A stretch of DNA of 64,000 nucleotides from a virus. Positions 27,301 to 37,600 of the stretch are shown in pieces. Made by a program: the position numbers and the translations under genes. The notes beneath the pieces were generated by a model. The model was not told where the DNA came from, did no database searches, and saw only the letters and a list, made by a program, of their open reading frames with translations. How positions within the stretch are numbered: the first letter of the stretch is position 1; each line of letters opens with the position of its first letter. The stretch lies in IMG/VR virus record IMGVR_UViG_3300032116_000082, positions 1 to 64,000 of that record; one strand, written 5' to 3'.

Positions 27301-30121
27301 CGAGGGTCGCACGGAACTGCGCCGTGCCGTCTGCCCCACCAACAGGACCGCGCTGGAAGACCCATTCCTGCGGGGAGTTGACTTCGGTGAGAGCCGTCGG
27401 GCCAGAGACCAAGGTGGCCGTGCCCGTCAGAGCGACCAGCTGGACCTTGCCCGTACCGGGCAACACGCTGTCGGCGTAGACCCGAACCCTGACCTGGTCC
27501 GCCGCAGGCGGGGCTAGCGTCTCGATACGGCACTTGTTGTAGACCACGCCGCCGCGAACGAACTGCGTCCGAAATATCGGAGACGCGGTACCGGCACCGG
27601 CGGCTTGTGGGTAAGTGATCACCGCCACGTGGACGGTTTCTCCAGTGGCGTACGCGGTAGGCGATGTGACGGTGAGAGAATTGCCCGTCTGAATTGCGGC
27701 GGCTTCAACCACCGCCTGTGCCGGTGCCGTCGTTCCAATGGCGTAGCGGAACGATCCCGTACCGGCAGGAGCGTTAATGGAGAACACCAGGTTACCCGCG
27801 ACATTGAACGACCCGGTCACCGAGACCATCGACGCCGTTGCCGTCGGGACATCTACAGAGTCGGTGTCGTTGACTCGGTTGCCTTCCAGTGCCGAGACGG
27901 TAAACACGACACGCCCAGGGGGCGAGCCTGCCGCCGGACGGGTAATCTCGTAGTCGATAAAGGTGGCCTTGCCATTCGTCACCGTCTCTTCAACTTCGAC
28001 GGCCGGTGTGACCGTACCTCCACTCACCGGAGTAACCAGGGGGACCTGGTCCGCCTGATAGGTAATACGAACGGAATCGTCGCCCTGCGGATAGGGATCG
28101 GCGACCGCGACGCGCACCGTGATCTTACTGTCAGTAGACGAGATAACGCGCGCACGACTGGTCAGATAGACTGTGTCGCGACCCTGTTCCGGAATCGTCA
28201 GATAGTCGTCGTCGTTTTCGGCGCCAGTCACAACCGCCCGAAATTGCACCTGCCCACCACCACCAAATGCCGCGCCTCGATTGAATATCCATTCAGTCCC
28301 TGATGGGCTAGGAACATTCAGATTCGGACCGGAGAATTTGACGGCACTGCCCGTGCTGCCGACATAGACCACTTGCGCCCCAGGCAGCAAGCTCTCCGCG
28401 TAGGCTTTGACCTTGATCTGCGTCTTGGTGGCATCCGTAATCTCAATGCGACACCGATTATACACGATGGCACCACGAACAAACTGATACGTAAAGGCTG
28501 GTGATTTCTTGCCCGTCCCGTCGAGTCCGCTGTAGGTTACCACGGACACATACACGACCTGCTGAGGCGTGTAGGGGCCGGGGAGGACCACCAGATACTT
28601 GTCGGTGTTCTGGAGATTGGCTCCAGTCGCAGCATCGACCTGGGCAAACGTGGGCTGCGAGGTCGTGCTGACCAAGTACTTGAGGGACTTGACGCCTGCG
28701 CTCGCCACGATCGACAGATACAGCTGACCAGCGGTGTCGAAATCGGCGGTGACCGCCGCCATGTCCGGGTATTTCTCCGGAATGTCTACCGCATCGGAAT
28801 CTTGGGTCCTATTGGGAGCGGTCGCCGTAAACGTGATCCGGCCGGTACCATCCCCCGTCGCCGGACGCGCAATTACATAATCCACATACGAGCCCCCGGC
28901 TTCTGGAACCGTCAGTTGCGTTGCGGGGGTGACGGTTCCGGCAGCAGATGGGGTGTGGGCGACTTGATCGAATCGCTCAATTTCTGGGACGTTGACCGCG
29001 GAATACGAGAACGTCACCGTTGGCGTACCTTCGGCGTACGGATCGGCCGCCGCATACCGAACCGTCACGGTGGACGCATTCGAGGCGATAATCCGCGCCC
29101 GACTGGAAAGGGCCACCGTGTCTCGCCCCTTCTCCGGGATGACGGCAATGTCGTCGTCCGATTCAGACTCCGGGATCGTTGCACGGAATCGCACCTGCCC
29201 AATGCCGCCAAAAGCGGCACCGCGGTTGAACACCCACTTGGTGCCGGACGGTGAGGCCGTTCCGATAGCCGGGCCCGTCTTCTTGGTCGTGTTGCCCAAG
29301 ATTTCGACCAGCTCGACCGTTCCAGTCCCAGGACCAAGTGCTTGGACCTCGAGTTCGACCTCGTCCGCATTGGGCGGTTCCGTCATCTTGATCAGGCACT
29401 GCGCATACGTCAGGGCACCGCGACGGAACTGGTAGCGGAACGGACCCGTTTGGATCCCGTTCCCATTCGGCTCGGTATAGGCCAGGGCCGTAACAAAGAC
29501 CGTTGCGTTTGGCGCATACGGCCCGTCCAGGACCACGGTATTGCCGCTCTCACTGATGTTGGTCGCGGCGGTTGTAACGGTCTCCAGAAGCGTTGGCTGA
29601 GATGACGAGGAGTGCTTGTATCGAAAGGACTGCGTCTCAGCATCCCCCGTAAACGTCAAATACAGCTTGCCGTCGGTCCCGAACGATCCGGTCACTGCCA
29701 GGAAGTCCGCCGTGCTCAGCAGGGTGAGCTGACCCGCAGCGTTCGTGGTAATGCTGGTGCCGTCGACCTTGGCCTTCAGCTGCCCACTGGTCTGATTGAT
29801 CTCCAGCCCAGCGCCCGTATTGACCTCGAGGAAGTACTCGTGATCTCGCGCTGCGTTAGTATCCTGAACGAACGTCAGGCCTTGCGGTATTCCCCCGATT
29901 TCCTTGAGCTTGATGCTGAGCGCCGACGTCTCCGCAAACTCATCCTCGAGGAGCGTGTTGATGATCGTGAGCCCCTTGTAAATACGCGGTTCGATCCGCA
30001 AGTGGGGCAGCCCATCGTCCAGCTCGTCCAACCGAATGCCAGAGATGATGAATGTGCCGCCAGTCGTTTGACGGGATCGGGCGGTCCCTGTGTAGTAGTC
30101 GTTGAGTTGGAGTCTAATCAT
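24395..30121 (-). CDS. Giant modular tail fibre protein (1908 aa)
   Basis: Three ~312-aa repeats, duplicated ~145-aa module, four SHxHAIGDIxGLQxALxGKA repeats, VTSVFGRTGAV motifs. Confidence 0.85.
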   Translation of the reverse strand: MIRLQLNDYYTGTARSRQTTGGTFIISGIRLDELDDGLPHLRIEPRIYKGLTIINTLLEDEFAETSALSIKLKEIGGIPQGLTFVQDTNAARDHEYFLEVNTGAGLEINQTSGQLKAKVDGTSITTNAAGQLTLLSTADFLAVTGSFGTDGKLYLTFTGDAETQSFRYKHSSSSQPTLLETVTTAATNISESGNTVVLDGPYAPNATVFVTALAYTEPNGNGIQTGPFRYQFRRGALTYAQCLIKMTEPPNADEVELEVQALGPGTGTVELVEILGNTTKKTGPAIGTASPSGTKWVFNRGAAFGGIGQVRFRATIPESESDDDIAVIPEKGRDTVALSSRARIIASNASTVTVRYAAADPYAEGTPTVTFSYSAVNVPEIERFDQVAHTPSAAGTVTPATQLTVPEAGGSYVDYVIARPATGDGTGRITFTATAPNRTQDSDAVDIPEKYPDMAAVTADFDTAGQLYLSIVASAGVKSLKYLVSTTSQPTFAQVDAATGANLQNTDKYLVVLPGPYTPQQVVYVSVVTYSGLDGTGKKSPAFTYQFVRGAIVYNRCRIEITDATKTQIKVKAYAESLLPGAQVVYVGSTGSAVKFSGPNLNVPSPSGTEWIFNRGAAFGGGGQVQFRAVVTGAENDDDYLTIPEQGRDTVYLTSRARVISSTDSKITVRVAVADPYPQGDDSVRITYQADQVPLVTPVSGGTVTPAVEVEETVTNGKATFIDYEITRPAAGSPPGRVVFTVSALEGNRVNDTDSVDVPTATASMVSVTGSFNVAGNLVFSINAPAGTGSFRYAIGTTAPAQAVVEAAAIQTGNSLTVTSPTAYATGETVHVAVITYPQAAGAGTASPIFRTQFVRGGVVYNKCRIETLAPPAADQVRVRVYADSVLPGTGKVQLVALTGTATLVSGPTALTEVNSPQEWVFQRGPVGGADGTAQFRATLVGGQSDDDFTTIPAVGRDTVYLNARIRQTETHADYIKVIVAVNDPYSNLAATITAAKFGVGTLTPATPQSVTTGIGEFTTPETANSFREYTINRPDFGSGPGRVVFTATAAGRIQDIDSIDVQPKEKTSFGPSLAVKETIYTDKYTLVATFDGTLTHATDGGTDSSAITTSPFTLDVFRNAPYGNPKNVTFKCVKDGQTVTNTVSVPARDATTGTGSYSFPNDVSVSGIVYAQDFVLTGGTGGGISGLGLDALEDVVITGAQEGQVLKRVGGVWVNAAASSGSGTISIFDETTQVAAAAASLTFAGSGVSAQTSANGGVTVSVTGNVSSVFGRTGAITAQSGDYSLSQLGGVALTTPSSGQFLRHNGTNWVNTALSSGDMPSHAHAIGDITGLQGALDGKAASSHTHAIGDISGLQAALNGKAASSHTHAIGDITGLQGALDGKAASSHTHAIGDITGLQTALDGKASTGSLNNYLPLTGGSLSGALSVNGAVTATSFKFSGGDYIANAAGTFAQFLTSGNAALGVKVGAIVVSDTYADTASGNNMFVKGSITAGGIIYAQDFVLTGGTGSGISGLYLDGLEDVVISSASDGQVLKRVNGVWTNAAATSGSSVAVSDEGTQITSAASTINFAGNAVSAQTTGAGSVTVTVSHAVTSVFGRTGAVSATSGDYSLSQIGGVSLSSPSNGQILQFNGTNWVNAAAPATGVTSVGASGGTTGLSFTGSPITSTGTLTLSGTLAVGSGGTGLTSAPASNQILLGTGTAYSLVTLAAGSGISFSNVAGTFTISSTATGGVTSFGSRTGAITLGDNLQMSNQQLQLVNVITSSNIASQNVSYATSAGSAGSASTAGSATTAGTASQVANALSAGTGLSFTGGGTYNGGAAKTLNVSLATLSAGTGLSITGGSGYNGSTAVSVAIDNTVVTTTGSQTLTNKTAYDTNYKLAGTRVATYAPTTEASEEGAIWVVYTP
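25896..26158 (-). repeat. Four coding 66-bp tandem repeats (phage tail HxH repeat)
   Basis: SHxHAIGDIxGLQxALxGKAAS x4, mostly synonymous variation. Confidence 0.9.
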
Positions 30122-30127
30122 GCGACA

Positions 30128-33100
30128 CTATTCCTCGTTGTAGAAATCGCACGTCAAGATGCGCGTAGCGATTCGATCACAGGTGACCGACTGCAGAATT
30201 GCACCGGTGGCCTTGGCGACCACGTCCACTTTATACGTGAAGTACTTGATCCCGCCGCCGCGATTGCGGTAATAGCACTTGTATTGATCTTCGAACGTCA
30301 ACGGTACGCCCGCAGGTGCGGGAGGCATCACGGCAATGAGGTACCAGTTGACCGGGTCCTGCTCTCGGCTGATCGAGATGTTGATATCATGCAGCGCGGC
30401 CGAGGCATTCGTGGTGACGGTAATATCGTTCGAGAAGGGAATACCGCACGCGACCCGAGTGGTTGTCGGATCACTCGTGTTGGAAACACACGTCCCCTCC
30501 GCACCCGCCGAAGCGGTGGCCGTGAGGGTAATGTCGTCATCGCCGCCGTCGTCTTTCGTATCCTCAACATAGGCCGTGATCCGCACGGTTTCCGTCTTGC
30601 TCTGGTAGGTGACGGCGTATTCGTACACGAGGGGCTTGCCTGAGGCTTTGAATTTCCGCCCGGTATTATGCGAATACGTTCCAGCGCCATCAATGGCTTG
30701 CCCCTGATCGGCCTGTACGCCGTGATTGGTGGTCAGGGACGTCGTTTTCGGCGGTGTCAGACTTTGTTCGGTAACCGTGATACTCACCGAACCCGGCGCG
30801 TTTGGCGTGTGCTTCCACGACACCAAAATGATACCACTGTCAATTTGCGGGGTCGCTGTCACCTCGCGAATCGCGTGAACTGTGGGGTTGTCTTCACCGA
30901 TCAGGAATGGCGGCGCCTTGGTGACCGTACCCTCGCTGTTGAGCGAATTCACCGGCACAGCGACGGCGTACCACGTCCCCTCCCCCGCATTGATACTGAA
31001 GGTGGGTTGATTGATGCTGCCAGAGTACCGAATGTATTGCTCGTCGATGTCCGACGGCTCCAGCTGCTCAAGAGTTGGATCTTTGTTCACCGTATTCTTG
31101 ATCGGCCAGCCGGTCTTCTTCACGTAGCAGCGCCACGTTTTGGCATCATCGTCAAATCCGTTAGCGGTATATCGCAACTGGGTCGTTTCCGACTCGTACG
31201 ACGGCTGCAGCGACTTGAGTGAGGCGGTGGAGTCCGGATCGACCTGCATGACTCGAACGTTTTCTGGCGTACACCCGGTCTTGGTGGCATAGAACGCCAT
31301 GTAAAACGTCTTGTTCTCCCCGGTGAAGGTCTCTTCTCCAGCCGTCGGGGCAAAGCCGTTCAGACCCTGTGGGGTGTCCGCGCTGCTCAGGCGCTGGAAC
31401 ATCACCGCGCCGTCGAGAATGCGGTATTCGTGTGTTCCCTGGTGCGTGGTAGGTAACGGATCACCGCCCAGCAGAAGCGTGCTGGCGGAACTGCCGACAA
31501 TCGTGCGAATCAGCGGCTTCTCATTTTCAGGGGCAATCCACGCGTAGTAGTAGTTCAGATCGCCGGTCGTCCATTGGCCGACTCCGGCAGTAACCGACCA
31601 GGTGCGCCCCGCATCACTCACCGCATTCGCGGAGACGACCCCTGTCGAGGTTGTCGCTGGTTGGAGGGTCGTGCCGAGATTTTGCGGAGCCGGAGCCGGT
31701 GCCATGGCAAATCGCGCGGTCACGGTGTCCGGCACGCGGTTGCCGTCGGTATCCTTGGTGTCAAACGTGACGAACGATCTCGGCGTACGAACCAGGTCAC
31801 GATTGACTGGCTCGCCAAACGGCGCTCCCGCAATGCCAATGACGATGCTGCCGCTTCGGTTCTGCGCCGCCAACCCACCACCGGGATCGTCAACGGTGAC
31901 CGTCGTCGGATTGGTCACTGTCTTGACGCGGTAGCGCGTATTCAGTTCTGGAAGCGTTGACCCGAGCACGTCAAACCACTGACCAACCACCAGCCCATGC
32001 GGCTCCGTGGTGACAAAGGTCGTGATGTCATTACTGCGGGCACTGGTGGCCAGCGGGACTAGGCTGTAGTCGAAGCTTCCGCACGGGAGCAAAATCAGCC
32101 GCTTGGAGGCCCCCAGGGGTAGGTCAACCACACCACGAATGACCTTGTTGCGGCGAAGATCGACATGGAATGGCGAGTCTTTCGACGGCTCCTGAGGACC
32201 AGCCGGGTCCACATGCCACTGCACGCCGAAGGTATCGTCGTCACCAACGGCAATGAATGACGCCGTGTTATTGTTGTTGTCGAGGAAGGTCTCGAGTGAC
32301 GAAATCTCTGGCGTGGTATCCAAGTCCACCACGAAGCTGAGCACATCGGACTCCCGCCCAATCGCATCAACCGCCCATACCCGAATCCATGTATCGTCTT
32401 CGGTACGGTTGAGCGCGACGAACCGGGATCGCGCGCGGGCGACCCCCTCACGATCGCCTGGCAGCAGATTAGGCCCGGTGTTCGCGTAGGAGAACGTACT
32501 GGCCGTCACCGCGGTTACTTCAAACGTCCCATTCAGCGAAGCCGTCGTAGCACCGGCGACCTCGACCAACTGCTCGACAACAAAGCCGTGCGGCGTCTCC
32601 GTCGTCACCGTGGTCACATTGTTGGTCCGAACAAAATCGGTGATCACCACACCGACGCGGTCGTCGACCAAGACCTCGTTTTCCGCCGTGATCTCGTACG
32701 GAAAATACGGTTCATACTGCTGCGGGACGGGAAACAAGACCGTCGGGGTCTCGTCGCCCTTCCGCTGATAGTGAATCTCTACGCCCTCGAACCTGGCCTG
32801 GGGCGGAGTCTTCGGACTGTTGGCATTGTAGGCGTAAAGCTCGACCAGGGCGTACACCTTCGGATCGCTGTAATCCTCAGGAGCTTCGACGAAGAATGCT
32901 TGTTCCGTCTTCGTAAGCTGGCGAAACGCGACAATAGGTCCACCCGTGAACTGGTCGTCCGCGGGGGTATACGTCCAGACCGCCGCGTCGTCAAAACTCT
33001 GTTGGTTTCGGGACCGGTCAAACGTGGCGAAGTAGTACAGTCCGTAATTCTCGCCGAAGAATTGCAGCTCGTCCTGGCGATTGGGCAGTCCGAAGTCGCT

Positions 33101-34696
33101 CTTGACCTCGGTATCCTTGTAGATATACATGCCCACTTCAATATTATCACCGAGGGCATCCGCAATTGCTGCGATAATGTCATCTGGAAGGTCTTCTGCA
33201 ATCGTGACGCTGTTCGTTGTGTTCTCTGCGATCGTAAAGGTGTAGGTCGGAAAGTTCTCCAGCGTTAGCTGCAGTTGGAATCCTTCCAACGTACTGTCTT
33301 CATCGTCTGGAAATTCGTTCAGGACCGCGGTAAGCGTACGTTTGTTGGAGCCGACGGACGCTAGTTCGTAGGGGACATCAATGAATACTTCTTCTTCGGG
33401 CGGCGCCTCTGGATCGAGCACCGAGTTCATGACTTGCTGGCGGTAGTAGACGTTCACCCCCGCATAGTCGAGGTCAGTCGGTGTGTCGAACTTGACGGTC
33501 ACCAGTCGATTGGTCACCGTGGGGTAGTCTTCCAGGATGGTGATAGGACCGGGCGCGAAAATGTCTCCCGCCACGATGTACTGCACCTGACTGGTCGGGC
33601 TGAGAACGGTTTCGTCTACGAGCCCGACCGCCCGCAGCACATACTCATACCCATGATCCCGGTTGACCGCAGAATCGACATACTCGACCACCGAGGCATT
33701 GACGACGCGACTAACGCGCGCGATTTCATTGAAGCTACCGACAGACAGGAACTGACCGACGACGTTCGGCAAGGTCTCCAGGTCAATGGCGAGCCGACAA
33801 GCGAGTGTCGTTTGATACGCCGATTCGTCAACTGTCGTCGTCGTTTCGTCATCCTCAGTGATCTGCGTAACCGTGACGCTTGTGACCACACCGAGCGTCT
33901 GACCGTTGGCAATCAGGAACGCGCCGACCTCCAGCTTCGGTCCTTGATCGCCGCCCATGGTGACGGTAAACGTGCTGTCCGGACCGAGGGGCGACATTGT
34001 AGTAACAAGACCATCGCCGACTTTGGTCAGGTCCGCCAGCAAGATAGGCTCGCGACGGTAGACCCGGTAACTGCCGACTTCCGGATCGGAATGCCACCGA
34101 AGCGTATTGCGGGCCGTACCGGCGCCCTCGTCGAGGTAGCCGGTCTGGATGGACACCCACTGAGGAGCACGTGGGATTTCCGTCTCGCCGACGAGTCGCA
34201 CCTTGGTCGGGACCGCCACCGTGATCGTCGGAGCCACGGCCTGGACATACAGCGTGTGACGCCCCGCACTAATATTCAGTGGGACTGCGACCGACCCACT
34301 CACCGTACGGATGAGCGTCCCATCGACATAGATCGCCGCCGTGGCGCCGGTGCCTGGGATCGTGATATCCAGATTGAATGACAGGCTCCGCTCAGCCTCT
34401 ACCACGGTTCGAAGCATCAGGACCGTGTTTGGTCGAGTCGTTACCGTAATCCGACCTTCGATCGCCGTTTCCAACGACAGCGTCGACGTTTGCTCAGCAA
34501 AGGCGTCGAAGTAGTCCGTGAGCGGGAGGACCTGCGACCCGTTAATCCGGAGTGCTAGCCAGGTCTGGGAGACAACCTCAGAAATATCTGCGAGGTCAAC
34601 CCGCACGGCGCCATGGATATTGCCAACGGTCTGTCCGATCGTGACCGTATCCTGGCGAATCAGTTTGCGGAAGGACTCTAAAAGAGACAAACCCAT
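30128..34696 (-). CDS. Large tail protein with Fn3-like domains (1522 aa)
   Basis: LRW...SYRVYR, YVDSAV...YEYVLRAV, DYAGVNVYY; two R(T/S)N...T..PHG..V repeats. Confidence 0.75.
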   Translation of the reverse strand: MGLSLLESFRKLIRQDTVTIGQTVGNIHGAVRVDLADISEVVSQTWLALRINGSQVLPLTDYFDAFAEQTSTLSLETAIEGRITVTTRPNTVLMLRTVVEAERSLSFNLDITIPGTGATAAIYVDGTLIRTVSGSVAVPLNISAGRHTLYVQAVAPTITVAVPTKVRLVGETEIPRAPQWVSIQTGYLDEGAGTARNTLRWHSDPEVGSYRVYRREPILLADLTKVGDGLVTTMSPLGPDSTFTVTMGGDQGPKLEVGAFLIANGQTLGVVTSVTVTQITEDDETTTTVDESAYQTTLACRLAIDLETLPNVVGQFLSVGSFNEIARVSRVVNASVVEYVDSAVNRDHGYEYVLRAVGLVDETVLSPTSQVQYIVAGDIFAPGPITILEDYPTVTNRLVTVKFDTPTDLDYAGVNVYYRQQVMNSVLDPEAPPEEEVFIDVPYELASVGSNKRTLTAVLNEFPDDEDSTLEGFQLQLTLENFPTYTFTIAENTTNSVTIAEDLPDDIIAAIADALGDNIEVGMYIYKDTEVKSDFGLPNRQDELQFFGENYGLYYFATFDRSRNQQSFDDAAVWTYTPADDQFTGGPIVAFRQLTKTEQAFFVEAPEDYSDPKVYALVELYAYNANSPKTPPQARFEGVEIHYQRKGDETPTVLFPVPQQYEPYFPYEITAENEVLVDDRVGVVITDFVRTNNVTTVTTETPHGFVVEQLVEVAGATTASLNGTFEVTAVTASTFSYANTGPNLLPGDREGVARARSRFVALNRTEDDTWIRVWAVDAIGRESDVLSFVVDLDTTPEISSLETFLDNNNNTASFIAVGDDDTFGVQWHVDPAGPQEPSKDSPFHVDLRRNKVIRGVVDLPLGASKRLILLPCGSFDYSLVPLATSARSNDITTFVTTEPHGLVVGQWFDVLGSTLPELNTRYRVKTVTNPTTVTVDDPGGGLAAQNRSGSIVIGIAGAPFGEPVNRDLVRTPRSFVTFDTKDTDGNRVPDTVTARFAMAPAPAPQNLGTTLQPATTSTGVVSANAVSDAGRTWSVTAGVGQWTTGDLNYYYAWIAPENEKPLIRTIVGSSASTLLLGGDPLPTTHQGTHEYRILDGAVMFQRLSSADTPQGLNGFAPTAGEETFTGENKTFYMAFYATKTGCTPENVRVMQVDPDSTASLKSLQPSYESETTQLRYTANGFDDDAKTWRCYVKKTGWPIKNTVNKDPTLEQLEPSDIDEQYIRYSGSINQPTFSINAGEGTWYAVAVPVNSLNSEGTVTKAPPFLIGEDNPTVHAIREVTATPQIDSGIILVSWKHTPNAPGSVSITVTEQSLTPPKTTSLTTNHGVQADQGQAIDGAGTYSHNTGRKFKASGKPLVYEYAVTYQSKTETVRITAYVEDTKDDGGDDDITLTATASAGAEGTCVSNTSDPTTTRVACGIPFSNDITVTTNASAALHDINISISREQDPVNWYLIAVMPPAPAGVPLTFEDQYKCYYRNRGGGIKYFTYKVDVVAKATGAILQSVTCDRIATRILTCDFYNEE

Positions 34697-34698
34697 CG

Positions 34699-37600
34699 TC
34701 AGCTCCCTCGCCGCTCAGGCAGCAACACCAGATGACACGTCAACTCCGTAGTTTGTGGAAGGACGGGACCAACCCCCACGGGCATGTGCCCAGTCGTGAA
34801 GGGCCCACCGACGTCCCACGAGATCCCCGAATAGTTTCCGTTCCGCAAAAACCCGCCGGTAATTTTCGGCGTGCTGACATTGAGGTCGTCATCCTTCCAA
34901 CCCGTCCACGCGCCGTAGTCGTAATACAGGTTATTCGAAAAGCCAATGAAGCGGTGTCTCCACCACATCACCCCGTCCAGGCGCTCTTTGCCAAACCGAT
35001 TCGTCGGGAACATGGAGCCCGATTCCCACACGTACTCACTGCGGAACGACGTCCGGAACCAGTCGATACCGGCGCCGGTTGGCGGAGACGTTGTGGTCGA
35101 CGGACCCGTACGATCCACCAGCACCTGAAACAGCGGATAGCTCGAGACATTCAGCGTTTGGCTGACCTGAATGCCCTTATAGCGATGGGGATTCACGTAA
35201 TACGGTGACCCTGCCGCGACCTTGGTCGGCGCCGCCGCCGGGTACGGACCACGACTGTAGATGCCCCGCAGATCTTCCCAATGCACCGTCTCGTCCTGCC
35301 GGACGTAGTTGATGGCATTGGTCGGAACGCCGTCCTTGAACATGCCTTTAGTTACATCGACACGAAATCCAGGGTTGAACTTCAGCGCGGTGCCGGATCC
35401 CGTCATATCAACCGTCGGACTCGACCACGTCTGCGCCGCCCCGGCGTCAGACGTCTTGCGCTCGATAGTGTTATCCGATCCGAAGGCACGGACCTTTACC
35501 TTGGTCTCCGAGCCGCCGATGGTCCAGTACATGTTGATACCGCGAAGATCGGCCTCCTCGCCGTTATTCGTGAAGCTGGCGAACGTCGACTGCGCAAACG
35601 GCGGAGCGGGCGGCGAGACCATTGGGGGCAGTAAGAAATATGGATGCAGATCCCGTGTGATGGACGGAATCCACAACGGACTGCTTTCCCACTCCCACGT
35701 TCCTACGTCCATGCCGCCAGACGCGTTCGCGCCCAGAAACGAACTCGACACGGCGCCTGCGACGGAACCAAGCTGACGCATAACATTCGACGCGCTGTAC
35801 TCGAGCGGCAGGCGGTATCCGTCAACGGATGCCGCCGCGTGATTGGCCGAGTAGGTGTCCTGTGGGAACGTGCCGAAGGCGGACCACGAGACTGGCGTAG
35901 TGCCCACGTTTGTCGCCGACACGTCATGCTGATACCAGAACGACTGCAGTAGCTTGGCAAACAGCGTATTGGCCGAATAACCGAACGCTGTGAGCTGGTT
36001 TGCCTTCCAGTCGGCCTCCTCGGTCCACTGACGGCAAACGACCGTGCGGCGCTGCTCGTACATCGGATCGGTCGGCCAGTTCAGCGCCTGGGTATTGGTG
36101 TAGATCTTAGACTTGTCAACGAAACTGCGATTAATCCCCCAGCTGGAGCGCCCCGAGCGATCGGTGACGTACGCCGACAGGTAAAACAGGTAGGACATCA
36201 AGGCGAACTGCAGGCGGGAACGAGCGGTCGCGGTCGCGCGCGCGCCGTTCCACTGAGGCACTTCTTCCAGCTGCAGGTAGTCCCCGAACTCGATCGACTG
36301 TTCGTACCCGGAGATCAAGAAATCCTTCTTAAAATCCCGCGGATAGAACACCCATTCGGTGCTTGCGTCACCAGGATCCGTCGCGTCGTCCCAGCGGAAC
36401 GTCGAGGCTTTCCGGTAGCCGGAATCCGTATACTGCTTGGTGTGCTCGTCATTGGTCAGGCGACGGCTATACACCGCTCGATCTTCCACCGTCGTCCCTG
36501 GAAACTCCTTGCCCGCATACACCACCACCTGATCCCCGATAATAGCCCGAAGATGGACCTCTCTCGTGAGTTTGACGGAGATCTGGGAATCCTTACCTGC
36601 CCACAGAACACCTGGGCGCGGTGCCACTTTGAACCGAATACGGATCGGCTTGTCGTTGTTAATGTACGCCGTCAACGAGGACGGCTGGCTGGTAGGCGGT
36701 AGCGCGCCCCACGAGGCTCCGATCTTGTCTTCGACTTTCAGCTCGAGCTTCGTGGGTTCTGGTAAATGCGTCAAAATCGCAACGTTGACGTCGTCGTCCT
36801 TACTGCTCAGTTCCCTTTCGGCAGGCGTCGTCGTCTCGGCTTCAATGTGGACATACCAACGGGCGTACGTTCCGTGGCCAATAATCGGGACACCGTCCAC
36901 ATTTCGCGCCAACCAGATGTACGCCAACGGACCGAGGTCGCCGCCGCCAACTTCTTGGTTCCAGACATAGAACCCCCGCCCAACGCGCGGCTTCTGATCG
37001 TCCTCGAACGTACCCTCAACCAACTCGGAATACAGCTCGGACTGGACCGCATTCCACAGGCCCAGCTGGTCCACGCCGTCCCAGGTGAACACCTTGTCGG
37101 CCATCACGGGCAGGTATTCCCAATGCTGCTCCGGCTGATTCGCGTCCGAGGCCGGGTTGGTTAGCCAGCCCACGACCGTGTGATCCTCCCAGTTCCGGAT
37201 CGATACCCGATACATCCCCTCCGCTAGGACGGAGAATCGGATATTGACCAGGTTGCCGAGCTCGCTCGTATACGGGTCATAGAACGGGCTCTTGGAAACA
37301 CCACCAGCAATCCCATTCGGGTCGCCGCCTCCAACAGGGAACAAGGACCGATACCGCACATCAAAGGTCAACACTTCGTCGGTCGATACGCCGGTTGTGG
37401 TCCCTTGAGCCCACGGGAGGGAGACGCCAACACTGGTGTAGTTCAGCCCATAAAACTCGTGGTACGGGTTATTCGAAAGCCACCCGGTGTTCATGCGGTC
37501 CGTACCCACCCGGTACGACAAGAAGATCTTGCCTTCCGTGGCCAAAGCCGCACCGCCAGTCAAGGCTTTCTGACCGCGGAACAGCGAAATGACCCCGTCG

